Shown piece by piece: positions 60,950 through 64,000 of a stretch of DNA of 64,000 nt (position 1 is its first letter; the number at the start of each line of letters is the position of its first letter). The position numbers were made by a program, and so were the translations under genes. Source of the stretch: an uncultured Nitrospinaceae bacterium (GTDB lineage: Bacteria > UBA8248). The notes beneath the pieces are model-generated. The model had not been told where the DNA came from. It searched no databases and saw nothing but the letters and a program-made list of their open reading frames with translations. The stretch lies in assembly GCA_964005815.1 (NCBI GenBank), contig CAXFSR010000017.1:32001-96000 (forward strand), in the 5' to 3' direction.

Positions 60950-62236
60950 ATGATTTTCAAAGTATCCCCTGGAAATGCTAATGGCTCTACTAATATTCCA
61001 GCTTCGAAATCCCATTCTATAAGAGCAATTGCTTTCGCCTCATTATCCGAAGGCGAAAGTATAATTTCCAATTTACTAGACTCTAATGACAGTAATTCTG
61101 CCTTGAAAGTGTACCAATCATTCGGAGCTAAAATTTCTAAAGATAAAGAAAACATAAAAATACAAGGTTTCAACGGAAAGCCAAAAGTTCCAAATAGTCT
61201 TATAAATGTCGGGAACTCTGGGACTACATGTAGAATAGCTTTGGGAACTGCAGCTTTACTTGATAATCAATATGCAGATTTTGATGGAGATTCACAAACA
61301 AGGAATCGACCAATGGGACCACTCTTGTACGCACTAAAAAATTTAGGGGCAAATATCAAAAATGAAACCCAAAGCGGGAATCTACCCATAAGTATCGGAG
61401 GTCCTTGGACTGGGGGTTCAACAAAAGTTGATGGAATTACGAGTCAATTCACAACTAGTCTTCTAATTAATGCTCCTTTTGGATTGGATAATACTTATAT
61501 TGAACCATTTAATCTGAATGAAAAACCATATGTTGAGATGACTTTATGGTGGTTAGATAAATTAGGATTAAATTTTTCTCATGACAATTTAGACAAATTT
61601 AAAATCCCTGGGGGACAAACTCTAAAAAGTTTTGAAATTAGTGTACCAGCAGATTTCAGTTCTGCAGCCTTTTTGGCCGCTGCTGGAGCATTACCAGGTG
61701 GAAATGTCAGACTTAGTGGTTTAGACTTTACTGATCCTCAAGGAGATAAAAATTTCTTCGAAATATTAGATTCGATGGGAGCAAAGATAATGAATCATGA
61801 TGATGGTTCTATTCAAGTAACAGGAAATAAACTTTTGGGTGGGGAATTTGACCTAAATGATACCCCCGATCTTCTTCCAATACTCTCAATTTTAGGAGCC
61901 TTCGCAGAGGGAGAAACAAGAATAGTTAATGTGCCTCAGGCAAGAATAAAAGAAACAGATAGAATCTCCTCTATGAGGACTGTAATAGAAGACTTAGGCG
62001 GAAGAGCAAAAGAAAGTGAAGACGGTCTCACTATTTACGGCGAGGGACTTTCAGGAGGAAAAACCACAGGATTTAGTGATCATAGAATAGTTATGTCTTG
62101 TGCAATAGCAGGTATAGCTTCCAAAAATCCTGTAGAAGTCGATACTGCAGAAGCAGTCTCAATTACTTTTCCAAACTTTACTGACAAAATGCAAGATATA
62201 AACGTTTCTATTCAAACTCAAAACAAGTGGGATTAA
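60950..62236 (+). CDS. aroA: EPSP synthase
   Basis: SKSHSIR, GNSGTT, RPM, SQF, R.KETDRI and DHR motifs. Confidence 0.95.
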   Translation: MIFKVSPGNANGSTNIPASKSHSIRAIAFASLSEGESIISNLLDSNDSNSALKVYQSFGAKISKDKENIKIQGFNGKPKVPNSLINVGNSGTTCRIALGTAALLDNQYADFDGDSQTRNRPMGPLLYALKNLGANIKNETQSGNLPISIGGPWTGGSTKVDGITSQFTTSLLINAPFGLDNTYIEPFNLNEKPYVEMTLWWLDKLGLNFSHDNLDKFKIPGGQTLKSFEISVPADFSSAAFLAAAGALPGGNVRLSGLDFTDPQGDKNFFEILDSMGAKIMNHDDGSIQVTGNKLLGGEFDLNDTPDLLPILSILGAFAEGETRIVNVPQARIKETDRISSMRTVIEDLGGRAKESEDGLTIYGEGLSGGKTTGFSDHRIVMSCAIAGIASKNPVEVDTAEAVSITFPNFTDKMQDINVSIQTQNKWD

Positions 62237-62244
62237 TTTAAAAA

Positions 62245-62577
62245 ATGCCTATTTACGAGTATAAATGCAAAAATTGCGATTTCATTTCAGGCCATCTGAT
62301 TTTAAAACCTTCTGACAGAAAGAAGATTCTTTGCAGGAATTGTAATGGGAGTAAATTACGTAAAATAGTCTCTAGATTTGCGACCCACAAAACTGAATCT
62401 CAACGAGTGGCTGAATTTGATCCTACTAAAAAAACTGACGACTCTTTCTATAAAGATGATCGAAATATAGGTCTTTGGGCACAAAAAAGAATGCAGCAAT
62501 TAGGAATGGATACAGGTGATTCTTTTAAAGAAACTTTAGAGAAAGGACGTTCGAAAAAAATATTAGATAACTTGTAA
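62245..62577 (+). CDS. FmdB-family zinc-ribbon protein
   Basis: MPIYEYKC..C...C..C pattern with a helical C-terminal extension. Confidence 0.82.
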   Translation: MPIYEYKCKNCDFISGHLILKPSDRKKILCRNCNGSKLRKIVSRFATHKTESQRVAEFDPTKKTDDSFYKDDRNIGLWAQKRMQQLGMDTGDSFKETLEKGRSKKILDNL

Positions 62578-62601
62578 AAGTTTATTGCATTCGCAAAATT
62601 T

Positions 62602-63087
62602 TCAGAATCCAAATGAAGAAAACAAATCATAAATATGACTTTTTATTTTCTTTAAAAATGGAAAAAACATCGTATTACTTTTTACCATAAATTTAAAATC
62701 TAACGTATTACTATTTGATAAAAATGGGAAAATTAGGAAGAAAAAAATATATCCTTTCACAGTACATACGATTCCTCCTAAAAATCGACTAAAACATCCC
62801 TTAATCTTCAAATTGATGAATTTGAAAATCGCAAATAAAATTAAGGATTGTAAGAACCAAAGAAAAATAAAAAGTGTCCATCCTAAGGCAGTTGTTCCAA
62901 AACCATAAGTTCTAAATAATGAGTTTAGTGAAGGAAAATAAACTTGCGTAGAAGTTCCTAAATAGAAAGCTAGAATCATTATACCTAATGAAAGCAACTC
63001 CTTTATTGTACCCTTTAGGGAACCCCTTAAAAAAAGAAGGAAAATAACGACAACAAACAATAAATCTAAAAAGGGAAAAGATTGCAT
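62602..63087 (-). CDS. cvpA: CvpA family membrane protein
   Basis: LD.......RG..KG..KE.LSL and R.LGG....KG motifs. Confidence 0.75.
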   Translation of the reverse strand: MQSFPFLDLLFVVVIFLLFLRGSLKGTIKELLSLGIMILAFYLGTSTQVYFPSLNSLFRTYGFGTTALGWTLFIFLWFLQSLILFAIFKFINLKIKGCFSRFLGGIVCTVKGYIFFFLIFPFLSNSNTLDFKFMVKSNTMFFPFLKKIKSHIYDLFSSFGF

Positions 63088-63112
63088 ATTTCTCCTACCT
63101 CGAAAATTGATT

Positions 63113-63664
63113 TCATAAGTTCTGGAGCCACATTATTAATGCATCCTCTTTTTTTCCATTATCAACATAATAATCTTTTCGCATTGCTATAACTGAAAAC
63201 CCAAATTTCTCATAAAGTCCAATTGCGGGTTTATTTCCTATTCGAACCTCCAGAGTTGCTCTCTGAGCACCAATTTGATTAGCCTCTTCTAATATTTTTT
63301 CCAGAAAAAAACTCCCCAAACCATTCCTTTGAAATTTTTGTGAAATCGCAAAGTTTAAAATATAGCACTCATCTACAATCATTTGCCAAAAAGAATAGCC
63401 ATGAATTATAGAACTCTTATCTCCACCATCAATAACGGTAGAATGATGTACTTCACTTTCTAAACCAAAATAAAACAAATCAGCAAGAATTTTTTCTGAC
63501 CATGGAAATGGATACACTTCTCGTTCAATATTTAGAACACTCGCAATATCTCTTTGTTTCATATCTCTTACTATCAGATCAGAAATATCATAGTTTTTTT
63601 GATTAAAATTCAATGTTTTACCTCGAAAAAGTAATACATTTAACGCCAAAAGATTATCTTGCAA
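63113..63664 (-). CDS. rimI: Ribosomal-protein alanine N-acetyltransferase (true start probably downstream)
   Basis: PWS, ILN.A, Q..GLG, LEVR..N..AI.LY.KFGF, RK.YY and EDA..M motifs. Confidence 0.88.
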   Translation of the reverse strand: MQDNLLALNVLLFRGKTLNFNQKNYDISDLIVRDMKQRDIASVLNIEREVYPFPWSEKILADLFYFGLESEVHHSTVIDGGDKSSIIHGYSFWQMIVDECYILNFAISQKFQRNGLGSFFLEKILEEANQIGAQRATLEVRIGNKPAIGLYEKFGFSVIAMRKDYYVDNGKKEDALIMWLQNL

Positions 63665-63769
63665 ACATCGACTTACGATTACAATAATATTAATATGAGT
63701 TAAAATCAGTAATAATTATTTAGACATCTAATGTATCAAATCATGAACTTAACGTAGGAGATACTAATA

Positions 63770-64000
63770 ATGAGTGCAAAAATTACTTTTCTTGGACAGT
63801 CTACATTTTTAGGAGAGAGTGACAAAGGGAAAAAGTTTTATATTGACCCTTGGCTTGCAGGTAATCCGAGGTGTCCTGAAGAATATAAAACACCAGAAAA
63901 TGTTGATTTCATATTGCTGACTCATGGTCATGCTGATCATGTTTCAGATGTAGTCAATGTTTTCAATACAAGTAATTGTAATGTTGCTGGACCTTATGAA
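63770..64000 (+). CDS. UPF0173-like metal-dependent hydrolase (MBL fold), 3'-truncated by window
   Basis: Own translation: MSAKITFLGQSTF...IDPWL.GNP...ILLTHGHADH; AGGAG RBS. Confidence 0.85.
   Translation, partial: MSAKITFLGQSTFLGESDKGKKFYIDPWLAGNPRCPEEYKTPENVDFILLTHGHADHVSDVVNVFNTSNCNVAGPYE

Noticed and set aside
538..62630. The many other 60-135 aa ORFs in the track that overlap called genes
   Set aside because: They are antisense or out-of-frame shadows of well-supported genes, with Ser/Ile/Phe-rich composition and no motifs.
1..64000. CRISPR arrays, tRNA/rRNA genes, IS elements, prophage
   Set aside because: No regularly spaced repeats, cloverleaf-like GC-rich segments, transposase, integrase or phage genes were seen, and intergenic gaps are short (about 300 nt or less).

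Overview
AT-rich, gene-dense bacterial chromosome segment from a Gram-negative organism (LPS and SurA genes). A streamlined Nitrospinota/deltaproteobacteria-like lineage is an inference from gene order only. No rRNA, tRNA, CRISPR array or mobile element was recognised. Bases 1-24.3 kb are mostly minus-strand housekeeping genes: the sucC start, mdh, icd, rsmA, lepAB, dgt, tal, pyrR-pyrB-pyrC-carA-carB, surA/ppiC, mfd and aroF. The pyr operon has a complete PyrR-type attenuator in its leader. Bases 24.6-31.9 kb hold the most unusual block, a tightly coupled operon: acyl-CoA dehydrogenase, yqeB, a CbbQ/CobS-type AAA+ ATPase, a CobT/NorD-type vWA protein, yqeC, xdhC and a cupin. This places an AAA+/vWA chaperone pair inside the labile-selenium molybdenum-hydroxylase maturation genes. 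Bases 32-53 kb contain an orphan Dam-like methylase, pdxA, a second pyrR and a tRNA nucleotidyltransferase. They also contain a large set of catabolic genes of unknown substrate: a split ThDP decarboxylase, three quinone oxidoreductases, an alpha/beta hydrolase, a CoA transferase, a TAXI-TRAP transporter, two VOC proteins, an MBL hydrolase and two acyl-CoA synthetases. Bases 52.8-57.5 kb are an ArnT-type amino-sugar envelope modification operon. The window ends with tauE, an amidohydrolase, eamA, yajD, aroA, cvpA, rimI and a partial metal-dependent hydrolase. All protein calls come from motif recognition by eye; no database searches were run.
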